Below, piece after piece: positions 39,052 through 48,699 of a stretch of DNA of 64,000 nucleotides. A program made the position numbers and the translations under genes. The stretch lies in the NCBI GenBank assembly GCA_049627345.1, contig JBMZXF010000004.1, positions 17,957 through 81,956 on the forward strand, read 5' to 3'. Each line of letters starts with the position of its first letter. The stretch's first letter is position 1. Origin of the DNA: Poseidonia sp. (lineage in GTDB: Archaea > Thermoplasmatota > Poseidoniia > Poseidoniales > Poseidoniaceae). Below the pieces are notes generated by a model. It was not told where the DNA came from, searched no databases, and was given only the letters and a program-made list of their open reading frames with translations.

Positions 39052-40809
39052 TCAGATCCGGCGACGCAGCCGTTCCATGGCGCCATCAGCGACGCCCAAG
39101 GCATCCAGTGCCTCCTCAAGGCGAGCCACGTCAAGGTGAGCCTCCGCCTTGGCCACCGCTTCTTCAACCGCCCGACGGTCGTCGTCCGTGGCCTTGATGT
39201 GAGCGGCCTCGCACTGGTTGCGGAGCACGGCCCATTGCTGGGTCACGAAATCGTAGAGTTCTCTGGCTTCATCAAGGGCATGGCCTTCGCGGTCCAGGGC
39301 CGTGGTCATCTGCTCCAGCAGCATCGCAGCGTGGCTCCAAATCCTGTCGTCAGCGGCGGTGATGATGTCGTTGAGCATCGCCTCCCAGTGGTCCTTGTCC
39401 TCGCGACCCTCGTACCGTTGTTTGAGTTTCTTTTTCTGTTTCAGCGCGCGCAACACATCATCCATTGCAGCGCGTTCTCGCTCGAGCGTACGAACCACGC
39501 CGTCCGCCAACCCGATGGCTTGACTGGCGTTGCCGCTTGCCAAGGCTTCGGACGCCTGTTTCAATCGAGCCTCCATCTCCGATGTATCGAGGCCATCACT
39601 TTGGGCAACGCTACGAACGGCCTCCTCCACCGATTGTTCAGCGCGCCCAATGGCATCCGCATCGGCGTCCAATTGAGGTAGAATCACAACGGCGATCTCA
39701 TACGCTTCCTTTGGTTGCTCTCGTGTGAGTTGGGCCTTTGCCTCGGACAACACTTCACGAAGTTGCTTGGCACCCGCACCGTCCTTTCCGTCCAATGCCC
39801 GGGTGGCTTCAAGAATGGCTTCCTCTGCTTTGGCCCACCACGTGATGGTCTCAGCTGCGCGCTTCTTGGCCTGACGATAGAGTTGTTCACCCTCCCGGAG
39901 CGAACCGAGTTTGACCTCGCGCTCGCCCATTTCGTAGGCTTTTCGGGGGCGTTTGACCGTGGGTGCAATCGACTCAGCCTCTTCAACCGCCGTTAACGCA
40001 TCCTGACGGATGATTTCCACATCGTCTGCGAAGGAAAGGGCGCGTTCCATGTCCTCCTCGCTTTCGTCGAGAAGACGCATGCCGTAATCCGGATCCAGAT
40101 GACCCTCTTCCTTGGCCGTGGTCAACAGGCTGGCCGCTTGAGCGACAGCGGCTCCTTGAGCCTTGAGTTCGAGTAATCGCGTTTCCAATCGGTCAAGGCG
40201 CTGTCGGAATCGCTTTCGTTCAGCCTTCTGGTCGTCCCCTACCGTCCACGTGTAACCGGTGTCGGCCATCGCGAATGCAGATACGGCGAGCGCCAGCATC
40301 ATCGGCGGTTCAGTCAACGTTTCGCCAGCGGTAAGTGTGAGGGCCAGCGCAGACAGTGTACCAATGCCGGTCAAGATGGCTCGGTAGCGAAGGACGCCGA
40401 AGTGTCCACGCATCGTACGATGCGAGAGTTGCCTGCACGTGAAACCGGAGATGAGCACCAACCCACTGCCGGCCATCGCAGAAGCATCCCCCTCGAAGCC
40501 CAGAGCGCCAAGGCACATCAGCAGGGGCCACGCAACCGAGGTCGCCGAAGCGACTCTGGACCGGGCCACGCCGTCGTCGAGGGTCAGGTCTTGAACGAAA
40601 ATACCCCAAATGAGCACGAGGAGCGGTGCACCAAAACTTGCGAGGACGACCCCGTCACCGTTGCTCAATCCGCGAATGGACGGCCAGGCCAGCCAGACGG
40701 CACACAACAACAAGGTGAGGGCAGAAACAAGGGTGGCGTTTTCGACGCGCTTGATGCGAAGAGCCCGCTCGGCTTCAACGGCTGCATCCGCATCCGCCCA
40801 CGTGACCAT
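39052..40809 (-). CDS. Membrane-anchored helical/coiled-coil repeat protein
   Basis: About 6 N-terminal TM helices followed by ~390 aa of Ala/Glu/Arg-rich helical repeats. Confidence 0.7.
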   Translation of the reverse strand: MVTWADADAAVEAERALRIKRVENATLVSALTLLLCAVWLAWPSIRGLSNGDGVVLASFGAPLLVLIWGIFVQDLTLDDGVARSRVASATSVAWPLLMCLGALGFEGDASAMAGSGLVLISGFTCRQLSHRTMRGHFGVLRYRAILTGIGTLSALALTLTAGETLTEPPMMLALAVSAFAMADTGYTWTVGDDQKAERKRFRQRLDRLETRLLELKAQGAAVAQAASLLTTAKEEGHLDPDYGMRLLDESEEDMERALSFADDVEIIRQDALTAVEEAESIAPTVKRPRKAYEMGEREVKLGSLREGEQLYRQAKKRAAETITWWAKAEEAILEATRALDGKDGAGAKQLREVLSEAKAQLTREQPKEAYEIAVVILPQLDADADAIGRAEQSVEEAVRSVAQSDGLDTSEMEARLKQASEALASGNASQAIGLADGVVRTLERERAAMDDVLRALKQKKKLKQRYEGREDKDHWEAMLNDIITAADDRIWSHAAMLLEQMTTALDREGHALDEARELYDFVTQQWAVLRNQCEAAHIKATDDDRRAVEEAVAKAEAHLDVARLEEALDALGVADGAMERLRRRI

Positions 40810-40937
40810 GCGGAGTCCTCACCGTGATTCCCCCATAATCACTCCGATGACCTGTCCGCCCCCGGATGAACCTCAAAGCAAACCAGCGGCAAGGTTCAAG
40901 GGTGTTATCGGGTTGTATTCTCAACCGAGGGAACACC

Positions 40938-41879
40938 ATGCCCGGACTCATTACCATGGACGACTTGTCCAACGAAGACATCTTGAGCATCCTTGACGAT
41001 GCAGAGCGCCTGTTGCCCGTGGCCAAGGGCGAACATTACCTCCCGCTGCTGCAAGGGAAAATTCTCGGGAACCTGTTCTTCGAGCCCAGCACCCGCACTC
41101 GCATGTCGTTTGAAACGGCCATGAAGCGTCTTGGCGGGGATGTCGTGAACCTCGGCGATGTCAAGACCTCGTCCGTGGTCAAAGGCGAGACGCTGTTCGA
41201 TACCATCCAAATGGTGGACGGGTACACCGACATCATTGCGATGCGCCACCCTCGGCAAGGTGCCGCTCAGTACGCCCAAGACGCTGCGCGCGTCCCCATC
41301 CTCAACGGAGGAGACGGCGCTGGCCACCACCCCACGCAAACCATGCTTGACCTGTTCACCATTCGACAGGCCCACGGTCGCCTCGAAGGACTGAAAGTCA
41401 TCCTTGCCGGCGACTTGCGCTACGGACGAACCGTCCACTCGCTGAGCCACGCCTTGACGCGATTTGGATGCGAACTCATCTTCGCCAGTCCTGAACTGCT
41501 CAAGATGCCAAGAGAAATCGTCTCGGACCTCACCGCCCACGGTGCGAACGTCACCGAAACCGATGACCTGCTGGGCTCCATTGCATCGGCCGACGTGGTC
41601 TACATGACCCGAATCCAAAAGGAGCGTTTCGCTGATGAAGACGAATACACCAAGGTAGCGGGGGCCTACAAGCTCCATGCCTCAAACCTTGAGGGCGCGA
41701 AAGAGAACATGATCATCATGCACCCGTTGCCTCGGGTGGACGAAATCCACCCCTCGGTTGACGCAACCCGGCACGCACGCTATTTCGAACAGGCGTTCAA
41801 CGGTGTCGTGGCCCGCATGGCCCTGCTTTGCAGGTTGTTAAACATCGAAGTTCCCGCTCTTGTTGGAGGTGAGGCCTGA
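40938..41879 (+). CDS. pyrB: Aspartate carbamoyltransferase catalytic subunit
   Basis: FFEPSTRTR, HPTQTMLD, GDLRYGRTVHS, RIQKER and HPLPR. Confidence 0.97.
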   Translation: MPGLITMDDLSNEDILSILDDAERLLPVAKGEHYLPLLQGKILGNLFFEPSTRTRMSFETAMKRLGGDVVNLGDVKTSSVVKGETLFDTIQMVDGYTDIIAMRHPRQGAAQYAQDAARVPILNGGDGAGHHPTQTMLDLFTIRQAHGRLEGLKVILAGDLRYGRTVHSLSHALTRFGCELIFASPELLKMPREIVSDLTAHGANVTETDDLLGSIASADVVYMTRIQKERFADEDEYTKVAGAYKLHASNLEGAKENMIIMHPLPRVDEIHPSVDATRHARYFEQAFNGVVARMALLCRLLNIEVPALVGGEA

Positions 41880-42355
41880 TGTCCCAAGAACACAACATGC
41901 GCCGTGTAACCGCCATTCGAAACGGCACGGTCATCGACCACATTCCTGCCGGCCAAGCCATGCGTGTTCTGGAAATGCTGGGCATCAACAAAGGGACGTC
42001 CGTTCCCGTCTCGCTGGTGATGAACGTCCCCTCGAAGAAAAAGGGAACAAAGGACATCATCAAGGTCGAAGACCGCGAACTCAACCAGGACGAACTCAAC
42101 CGCCTCGCCTTGGTGGCACCTGATGCACACGTCGCCATCATTCGCGCCTACATCGTTGCGGAGAAGTTGACCATCGAATTGGGGGATGAAATCACCAACG
42201 TGGTCCGATGCACCTTCTCCAACTGCATCACGACCAACCCCCGAGAGCCCCTTGCTCACCGGCTCAAGGTCATGAGCAGAGCGCCCCTTGAACTCCGATG
42301 CCACTACTGCGGTCGACCTCAGGACTTGGACGAATTGGTTCACAACGTCCTCTGA
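41879..42355 (+). CDS. pyrI: Aspartate carbamoyltransferase regulatory subunit
   Basis: IRNGTVIDHI, KDIIKVE and the Zn site C..SNCIT / CHYCG; start overlaps the pyrB stop. Confidence 0.95.
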   Translation: MSQEHNMRRVTAIRNGTVIDHIPAGQAMRVLEMLGINKGTSVPVSLVMNVPSKKKGTKDIIKVEDRELNQDELNRLALVAPDAHVAIIRAYIVAEKLTIELGDEITNVVRCTFSNCITTNPREPLAHRLKVMSRAPLELRCHYCGRPQDLDELVHNVL

Positions 42356-42358
42356 CGG

Positions 42359-43363
42359 TCATTCAACGCCGAGCAAATCTCGCATGTCGCAGGCCTTGCA
42401 TTGAGCCGCTGATGTTGGACTTCCGCAACGTGGACAAGGCGTCGGTGGAGCAGGCCGCCCTTCGTCACCACCCAACGCTACAATTTGGTCCCGCAGCCCT
42501 TTGATTTGGTCGGCCATTCGCACCAAACCGTGCCGGGTGCCAGGCACATCCGCTTCCATGTGCGCCACCATTTCTCGGTGGCGCCACCGAAGCGCACCAC
42601 GGGCGTTCGGACACTCCTCGTGGTGCATGGGGAGGGATTTGTGCAGGGCGTAGAGGTGAATTTCCTGTTCTGGGACCCAGCGCAACGGAACAATCCTCGG
42701 TGCGAGCCCGTCAACGGGCGTGGCGGTGTGAGGCGCAAGGCGGAGGGTGCGCTCAATGTCGGCGTTGGCCATGTTCATCAAAACGGTTTGAGCCATGTCG
42801 TCCAAATTGTGGCCAAGAGCGATGACATCGGCACCGACCTTGGTCGCAAGGTGATTGATGCCCTGTCGACGAAAAACGCCGCAATACGAGCACGCCATTC
42901 GTGGGGCATCGTTGTCCTTGGCCATCACCATCGGTAAGCGTTTCACGACCTCGTCCATTTCAATGAACGACAATTCGGGATAGGACACCACGTGGTGTTC
43001 AACGCCCAACCGTTCACACAACGAGGCAGCGCATTCGATGGAAGGTGGGCGGTAACCTTCGATGCCTTCGTCAACGGTTCCGGCCACGATGGTCACGTCC
43101 CGCCGCTGGCCGACCAAATCGACGATGGCGTCGAGGAGAACGGCGGAATCCTTCCCGCCGGAGACAGCTACGAGGATGGTCGTGTGTTCCCCCTTCACCA
43201 GCGGGAGTTGGAGGCGGAGTTCCTTGCTGATCTTCTTTCGAACGGACTTGGCGAGATGTTTCCCGCAGAGGATTCTTCCGGAGTAGGCCTGTTCAACCAC
43301 GGCGGGTTTGTCGCAAGCGTCACAACGAGGCACAGAAAACAAGGCGCCCGTTGATTCTCCCAT
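42359..43363 (-). CDS. tRNA 2-thiolation protein (TtuA/NcsA/Ncs6 family)
   Basis: N-terminal Zn finger, SGGKDS PP-loop, DEGI.GYR, CSYCGVFRR, GHNLDD and C-terminal CPRC..CKAC. Confidence 0.92.
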   Translation of the reverse strand: MGESTGALFSVPRCDACDKPAVVEQAYSGRILCGKHLAKSVRKKISKELRLQLPLVKGEHTTILVAVSGGKDSAVLLDAIVDLVGQRRDVTIVAGTVDEGIEGYRPPSIECAASLCERLGVEHHVVSYPELSFIEMDEVVKRLPMVMAKDNDAPRMACSYCGVFRRQGINHLATKVGADVIALGHNLDDMAQTVLMNMANADIERTLRLAPHTATPVDGLAPRIVPLRWVPEQEIHLYALHKSLPMHHEECPNARGALRWRHREMVAHMEADVPGTRHGLVRMADQIKGLRDQIVALGGDEGRPAPPTPCPRCGSPTSAAQCKACDMRDLLGVE

Positions 43364-43429
43364 GAGATGGCCTACAAGGTGTGAGGTTTGAACTCAACGG
43401 AAAGAGGCGGGCGGCTCGTCGAACTCAAC

Positions 43430-43622
43430 ACCTCTATTTTATTTGAATGATTTTCCAATTAGAAATTCAAAATTTCAATTGGATTTTTGGATAAATGAGG
43501 ACATCGCATTTCCTCGTCGCCCATGCCGTGTCGCACCCAAATTCCGCGCACTGAAGGCAATTGAAGTGCGCTGCGTTGGAGGGAACAAATCTGCATTTCC
43601 AGTTGGAAAATGAGAAAGGGTG
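43430..43622. promoter_or_regulatory. AT-rich intergenic tract with three related palindromes (TTCCARTTGGAA-like)
   Basis: TTTCCAATTAGAAA (43452), ATTTCAATTGGATT (43472) and TTTCCAGTTGGAAA (43596), the last followed by ATGAGAAAGGG. Confidence 0.55.
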
Positions 43623-43698
43623 CTCAAACCTGCAAAATTCGCCGTTCAGGCGCAAAACTTCTTGAAGGCCACAGCGCTGTCCGTTGGATTGAGCAACC

Positions 43699-44040
43699 AT
43701 GCTGCAGCGCTTGTTAGGGGAGTTCCTGAACGTTGACGGCGTGCAGCAGGCCACCGCCATTGACGATCGTGGACGGTTGCTCTCCTGTGTTGGAACAGAG
43801 GGTCAACTCCCCTCAACACAACGCGCCATTGACTTGACGGTGGCAGCCCTCGACGCGGCACAAGGAAGCCAGTTGGGCGAACTCCAGGAGGTGTGGGTCG
43901 AGGGCGAAGCCACGACGTGCATTGACATCATCACCCCCTACCGCATCTTGATGCTGTCCGGAGGTCAAGGAAACATCGCTCGCTGGCGCCACAGCGTCGA
44001 CCGATTGCGTCGACAACTGGCTACAACCCCTGAATTCTAG
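43699..44040 (+). CDS. Roadblock/LC7 (MglB-like) domain protein
   Basis: 113 aa; LLGEFLNVDGVQQATAIDDRGRLL...LGELQEVWVEGE...GNIARWR follows the roadblock helix-strand pattern. Confidence 0.75.
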   Translation: MLQRLLGEFLNVDGVQQATAIDDRGRLLSCVGTEGQLPSTQRAIDLTVAALDAAQGSQLGELQEVWVEGEATTCIDIITPYRILMLSGGQGNIARWRHSVDRLRRQLATTPEF

Positions 44041-47000
44041 GTGAACACCGTGTTTGAACTGCCGATTGGAAAGCCCGTCAATGAATCCATCTCGCTCGAG
44101 GAGGGCGTGCTCCAGCCCTTCGCTCACGGCGTCATCACAACCTATGCAGGACGCCGGAAAACGCCACAGGGCCACCGACTTGTTCGGGCAGGCCGAGTGG
44201 TGGGCTACCTGTGCGACGGCGACAAAAAAGGTGTCATGCTGGGCGGTGCGGAAGCAAAATCAGCCCTCGAAGCCCTCGAAGCACAACAAAAAGTGCGGCA
44301 CGTTGCTTCTTCGTACACCATCGCCCGCCTTGGCGCCCTGGCCGAACTTGTTCCGGAAGCCTTCGTTCACCAAGCGGATCGGCAAGGACTCAAATCGAGC
44401 AGCAACGCCGTGGAGCGCCTCTTGGCACGCGACCTCTCCACTGTGGTCAAGACATTGGCCGAGGACATGACGGTTCGTGGTGCCATGGCCATCGACAGCG
44501 GGATGCTCATCGACCATGCCGGCGACCTACCAGGCCTTGGTGAGGAAGAACGTCTGGCCAGTGAACTTCACGAATTGATGAGCGGCATGGGCCACCAGTC
44601 GATGCACGAAGGATGGGGCATGTCCGGCCAAAGCCACTGGACGCTCCACACCGAAAACGGTGCCCTGCTGCTGGCTCAAAGCGGCGAGATATCAATTGCA
44701 GCATGGACGGAGAAGGACGCCAATCACGCTCGCCTCCTTTCATCGTCGTCCCTCGCCCTTGAAGGCGACCTCATCGCTGCTGGCGCCCACGGCTCAAAAC
44801 TGCCCGAGGGGTTCACGCTCCGAGAAGGGCGTGGCGGCCCTGATGCGGTGCTCTCCATGCTGAAAGCCGCCGTGCAGGAAGAAGTGACGGGCCACCTTCA
44901 ATCTGGATCCTCGAGTAAAGCGGTCTCGCTCATTCTGTCGCGTGGGGTCCCTGTTGCCCTTTGGGCCCCTTCGGTGGAGACCAATGAGGAAGCCATGCTC
45001 GCACTTACCGAAGCGAAGCGCAAGGTGCAACTCATCCGCTTACCCGCCGGGACCATCGTATCGGCCAACTCAGGAACCGTCGAGGGTTTCACCCTGGCAG
45101 GTTTCATTGAAACCCTGGCCACCGTCCGTACGCGGTCCGAAGCCCGTCAAGCCTCGCTCAAGGCGATGTTGGATGACCTGCTCGGCTTTGAAGCCAGTTT
45201 GGAGGCGCTGCGAGCCGCACGCTCCAAGCTCAAGTTCAACACCGGCGGCGCTGACGTTGCCGAAGCCCTGCCCGTGATGCGAGATCAAGCCGTCAGCGCT
45301 GTCGACGCCGGGCTGCGACGTAAACTCGAAATGGCCGAACAACGGGTTGATGCACTCAACAAGGAAAAGGCCGTGCTGACCTCCCAGGTGAACGCCCTGG
45401 AGAAGAAGAAAGATGCAGCACAGATCGTTGCACGAGAGGCCACGGAATCACGCCAAGAAAACACCACGGCGTTGGAGGAGGCACACCGTCAACTGAACAC
45501 CATGCAGGTGGACCTTGCCCAAGCACGTTCGCAATGGGAAGAAGCGGAATCCCGTGCTGAACGCCTTGTGCGGCGAGTCAACGAACTGGAACATCAAGTC
45601 AGTGAGCGGGCTGCTGAACTGGCAAAGGCGGTCGGCGATGCAGAAAGCAGTGCGGAATTGCAAACGATGCTCGAGGAACTCTCGCTGAAGGAAGCTGAAC
45701 TTCAGGCCAACCTTGCCGAGGGAAGCGAGCGCCTCAGCGCCATTCGAAAGCAAAGCGAGGATGAGGAACGACGGCTTCGAGTGTTAAGCGAACAAGTCAA
45801 CACCAGCCGTGAACGGCACGCCCGAGCCCAAGCTGACCTGATTGGTGTGCAAGAGCAGATTCATGTGAGCAACCTTGAGCTTGAAACGGTTCGAACCGAG
45901 GAGAAGCACGCACGCCAGCGCACCGAAGAAGACCGCCTTCGACGAGCGGAGGATGAAGCGCGTCGGGCCAACATCCAGGCAGAATTGCGGGAACTCATGG
46001 ACGAGCGCCGTCAGGTGTTGCGTGAGTTGGGCGACCTCGGAGCTCGTCGTGGTCATGCGGAAGCCGAGTTGTCCACCCTGGTCGACAAAGCCACCTCCTT
46101 AGCGGAAGCTCACGAAGAAGCCCTCGCTGACATCCAAGAAGCGGAGCGCCTGCGCGCCCGCTTGGCCGAAGAACCGCTTGCACAAGCCTTGCTGGACGAC
46201 AACACGACCTTCCAAGGCTTGGGCCCTGTGTTGGAACGCCTCGAACACGCCCGTAGCCTCGGGTACTCGGTCACGATGCTTGACAGAGCGGTCGAACGGG
46301 CTTTGCAAGTCATTCAGGGAACGGTCGATCATGTCGCCGCAACACCGCGCCACCTCCTGTCCTCGGAAGTCATGACGTTGTTGGAGCGCCAAGTGCCGCA
46401 AACGGCGGGTGCTGTACGAGGGTTGGCTCGCTGGTCCGTGCAGCAGCGGCTTGAACAACAACTCGGCGAAACCGTCAACCATGTCGTTGTCGACCTCGAG
46501 CATCTGCTCGAAGACTTTGACCGCTCCATCACCATGCTCCGCCGCATCCGGAACGTGCTCGAACAGGTTGAGCGACTCGGCGCGCCCTCCCATGAAGTCC
46601 ATGCACTGCTGGCCAACTGTCAACGACCCGAGGCCCTGCCAAGCCTGGCCATGGGCACCCGAAAACTGATTCAAGTGGCGCTGGATGACATCTACCTCGA
46701 AGCCGACCAACGCGATGCCGGCGAGGCCATCGGCCTCGAAGAAACTGCACGTGTTCTTGAGGAACTCATCACGCAACTCGATGCATCGGGTTTGACCGAC
46801 GGACGACCACGCGGCATGATGTGGGAGTTCCAACGCGACGGCTTGCTTCCGTTTGAGCGAGAGTCCATTCCTGCTGAGCAGCGCCTTCCCGTGAACGAGG
46901 CCATGCTGGACGGCATGGAGCCTCATCTCATCCAGGCGGAAGCCGTTGAGATCGTCGCCCCGGATACCAGCGAAACGGTGGACGATGAAGGATGGTCTCC

Positions 47001-47232
47001 CCTCCCGCCTCCCACAAGCGAAGATGCTCCTGTAAGCGAGACCGTGGAACCCCGCAACACGATGGCATCTGCTGAGTCACTGGAGGACGAACGCGCACAA
47101 CTCGAGGCGGAACTCGCTCGCTTGGATGCTGAACGCAGCCACCGTATCGCTCACACCCCCGCTCCAGCCACCAACGGTGCTGATACAGCCCTGGCTGACC
47201 TTGAGTCTCGCCTGTCTGACATTGAATTCTGA
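44041..47232 (+). CDS. Multidomain protein: DUF2226/DUF4388-like + roadblock + DUF2226/DUF4388-like + long coiled coil + acidic tail
   Basis: Abuts the roadblock gene. Internal VRGAMAIDSGMLIDHAG is roadblock-like, VTGHLQ..VSLILSRGVPVA is PATAN/DUF4388-like, and heptad-rich sequence spans about aa 420-715. No TM or Walker A seen. Confidence 0.7.
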   Translation: MNTVFELPIGKPVNESISLEEGVLQPFAHGVITTYAGRRKTPQGHRLVRAGRVVGYLCDGDKKGVMLGGAEAKSALEALEAQQKVRHVASSYTIARLGALAELVPEAFVHQADRQGLKSSSNAVERLLARDLSTVVKTLAEDMTVRGAMAIDSGMLIDHAGDLPGLGEEERLASELHELMSGMGHQSMHEGWGMSGQSHWTLHTENGALLLAQSGEISIAAWTEKDANHARLLSSSSLALEGDLIAAGAHGSKLPEGFTLREGRGGPDAVLSMLKAAVQEEVTGHLQSGSSSKAVSLILSRGVPVALWAPSVETNEEAMLALTEAKRKVQLIRLPAGTIVSANSGTVEGFTLAGFIETLATVRTRSEARQASLKAMLDDLLGFEASLEALRAARSKLKFNTGGADVAEALPVMRDQAVSAVDAGLRRKLEMAEQRVDALNKEKAVLTSQVNALEKKKDAAQIVAREATESRQENTTALEEAHRQLNTMQVDLAQARSQWEEAESRAERLVRRVNELEHQVSERAAELAKAVGDAESSAELQTMLEELSLKEAELQANLAEGSERLSAIRKQSEDEERRLRVLSEQVNTSRERHARAQADLIGVQEQIHVSNLELETVRTEEKHARQRTEEDRLRRAEDEARRANIQAELRELMDERRQVLRELGDLGARRGHAEAELSTLVDKATSLAEAHEEALADIQEAERLRARLAEEPLAQALLDDNTTFQGLGPVLERLEHARSLGYSVTMLDRAVERALQVIQGTVDHVAATPRHLLSSEVMTLLERQVPQTAGAVRGLARWSVQQRLEQQLGETVNHVVVDLEHLLEDFDRSITMLRRIRNVLEQVERLGAPSHEVHALLANCQRPEALPSLAMGTRKLIQVALDDIYLEADQRDAGEAIGLEETARVLEELITQLDASGLTDGRPRGMMWEFQRDGLLPFERESIPAEQRLPVNEAMLDGMEPHLIQAEAVEIVAPDTSETVDDEGWSPLPPPTSEDAPVSETVEPRNTMASAESLEDERAQLEAELARLDAERSHRIAHTPAPATNGADTALADLESRLSDIEF

Positions 47233-47240
47233 AGATCGAC

Positions 47241-47486
47241 ATGCCGACCGACGCTACCACCCTCATGGGCAGAGAAGAAACCGTTGGAAAACGGTACCCG
47301 CTCTGGATGGAGCGGCTGCTCTTGCTAAGCGCCATCGTTGTGTTCGTTCTCGGTCGATCGGTGGTCGCCGACACCGTGAGTCAGCCCGTGGCGAGCGTTC
47401 TCGTGACGTACATCGCCTTCCCGCTCACCTTGCTGGCAGGCGTGGAACTCTTTGGCCGTGCGCTTCAAGCCTCGATGCGGTCATAG
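47241..47486 (+). CDS. Small two-TM membrane protein
   Basis: 81 aa with two hydrophobic helices; starts 9 bp after the coiled-coil gene. Confidence 0.65.
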   Translation: MPTDATTLMGREETVGKRYPLWMERLLLLSAIVVFVLGRSVVADTVSQPVASVLVTYIAFPLTLLAGVELFGRALQASMRS

Positions 47487-48698
47487 TTGCGAGAATTCCT
47501 TGGTTTCCGGCTCGGGAGGAAGCCGACTGGTTTTGGATTGGATGAACCCGATCACACGCTGCCAGGGAATGAAGAACCGAAGCACGGCCATGATGCTCAA
47601 GAACAACAGTGCCGAGATGACCAGCCCATAGGTCAACGTCAGTTCAATCGATTCTGACACTTGGCCCGCCCACTGACTTCCCGTGGTGTCCGAGACAACG
47701 GTCAGCAGGACCTTGTGGAAACCGAGCGCCACCATGGTGGCCACGCCGGTCAGACCGAGGAACAGGAAGGTGTGTCGAAGGTGGGTGTTGAGCACGTTGT
47801 CCATCTGGCGGACGTATTCGGGGTCTCGCTTGCACGACTCAGGGAGGCGGAAGGCGTACTCAAGGTTGCGAATGACGCCGTAGCTGGCCTCTTGGAACAC
47901 CATGATCAGCACGGCGATGAGGATGAGGTTGAATTGTTCCTGCGTCACGAGGTTGAGGCCGAACAAACCGATGGTGGGGTCGGAGGTTTGACTCTCCAGT
48001 GTGGCGAGGGCCCCACCGTAAGAGCCCAGTTGGGATTTGATGAGCGGGAAGGTCAGGATGGCGTGGATGCCGAGGAAGAGAAGCGTGAACCCGATGGCCC
48101 ATGCGATGGATCGTCGGGACAGGCCCCAAATGCCACGTGTCCCCATGATGACGGGAAGGAGATAGATGAACAGAATGAGCAAGGACATGATCATCAGCAA
48201 CGGCCACTGAAGGGTCTCCAACTCGTCGTTGGTAGGGAACCGAAGGTCAAAGGAAAACAACATGCCAGCGAACCAGGACAACACCAAGCGCCCGATCAAG
48301 AGGACAATGAGGCCGACGATGAAGCCGAGTTTGATGCGCTGTTGCACCTTGGGCGACTGGAACGCAATGAACGCCATCACGCCACCGAGGCCCAGCCCCA
48401 ACACGAGGGGTACGAAGAACCGGGCCATGCCCGTTCGGCCTTCACCGGTCAGCCAGTCGCCCAGCGGGAGTTGGTCGGAAATGAGCAACTCGATGGAATC
48501 GAAGAGGATGGTGTGGTCTATCGAACCCACGACGTAGGTTGAGACAACCTCGAGGTACATGCCGATGAGGGCGATGGTGGCCACGACTTGCAGGGCGATG
48601 ATTTGCCACTGACGACGCAGCGTCTTGAGGTGAAGCGTACGGGGCTTGGCCGCCCCGTCGAGGTAGACGTCCGACTGGAGACCGACTTCACCTGCCAT
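47481..48698 (-). CDS. Polytopic membrane protein
   Basis: 405 aa with about 8 TM helices; 1 bp gap to the DUF58 gene. Confidence 0.7.
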   Translation of the reverse strand: MAGEVGLQSDVYLDGAAKPRTLHLKTLRRQWQIIALQVVATIALIGMYLEVVSTYVVGSIDHTILFDSIELLISDQLPLGDWLTGEGRTGMARFFVPLVLGLGLGGVMAFIAFQSPKVQQRIKLGFIVGLIVLLIGRLVLSWFAGMLFSFDLRFPTNDELETLQWPLLMIMSLLILFIYLLPVIMGTRGIWGLSRRSIAWAIGFTLLFLGIHAILTFPLIKSQLGSYGGALATLESQTSDPTIGLFGLNLVTQEQFNLILIAVLIMVFQEASYGVIRNLEYAFRLPESCKRDPEYVRQMDNVLNTHLRHTFLFLGLTGVATMVALGFHKVLLTVVSDTTGSQWAGQVSESIELTLTYGLVISALLFLSIMAVLRFFIPWQRVIGFIQSKTSRLPPEPETKEFSQL

Positions 48699-48699
48699 C

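Noticed and set aside
44041..47232. SMC/Rad50 annotation for the coiled-coil protein
   Set aside because: No Walker A/B, signature motif, hinge or zinc hook is visible.
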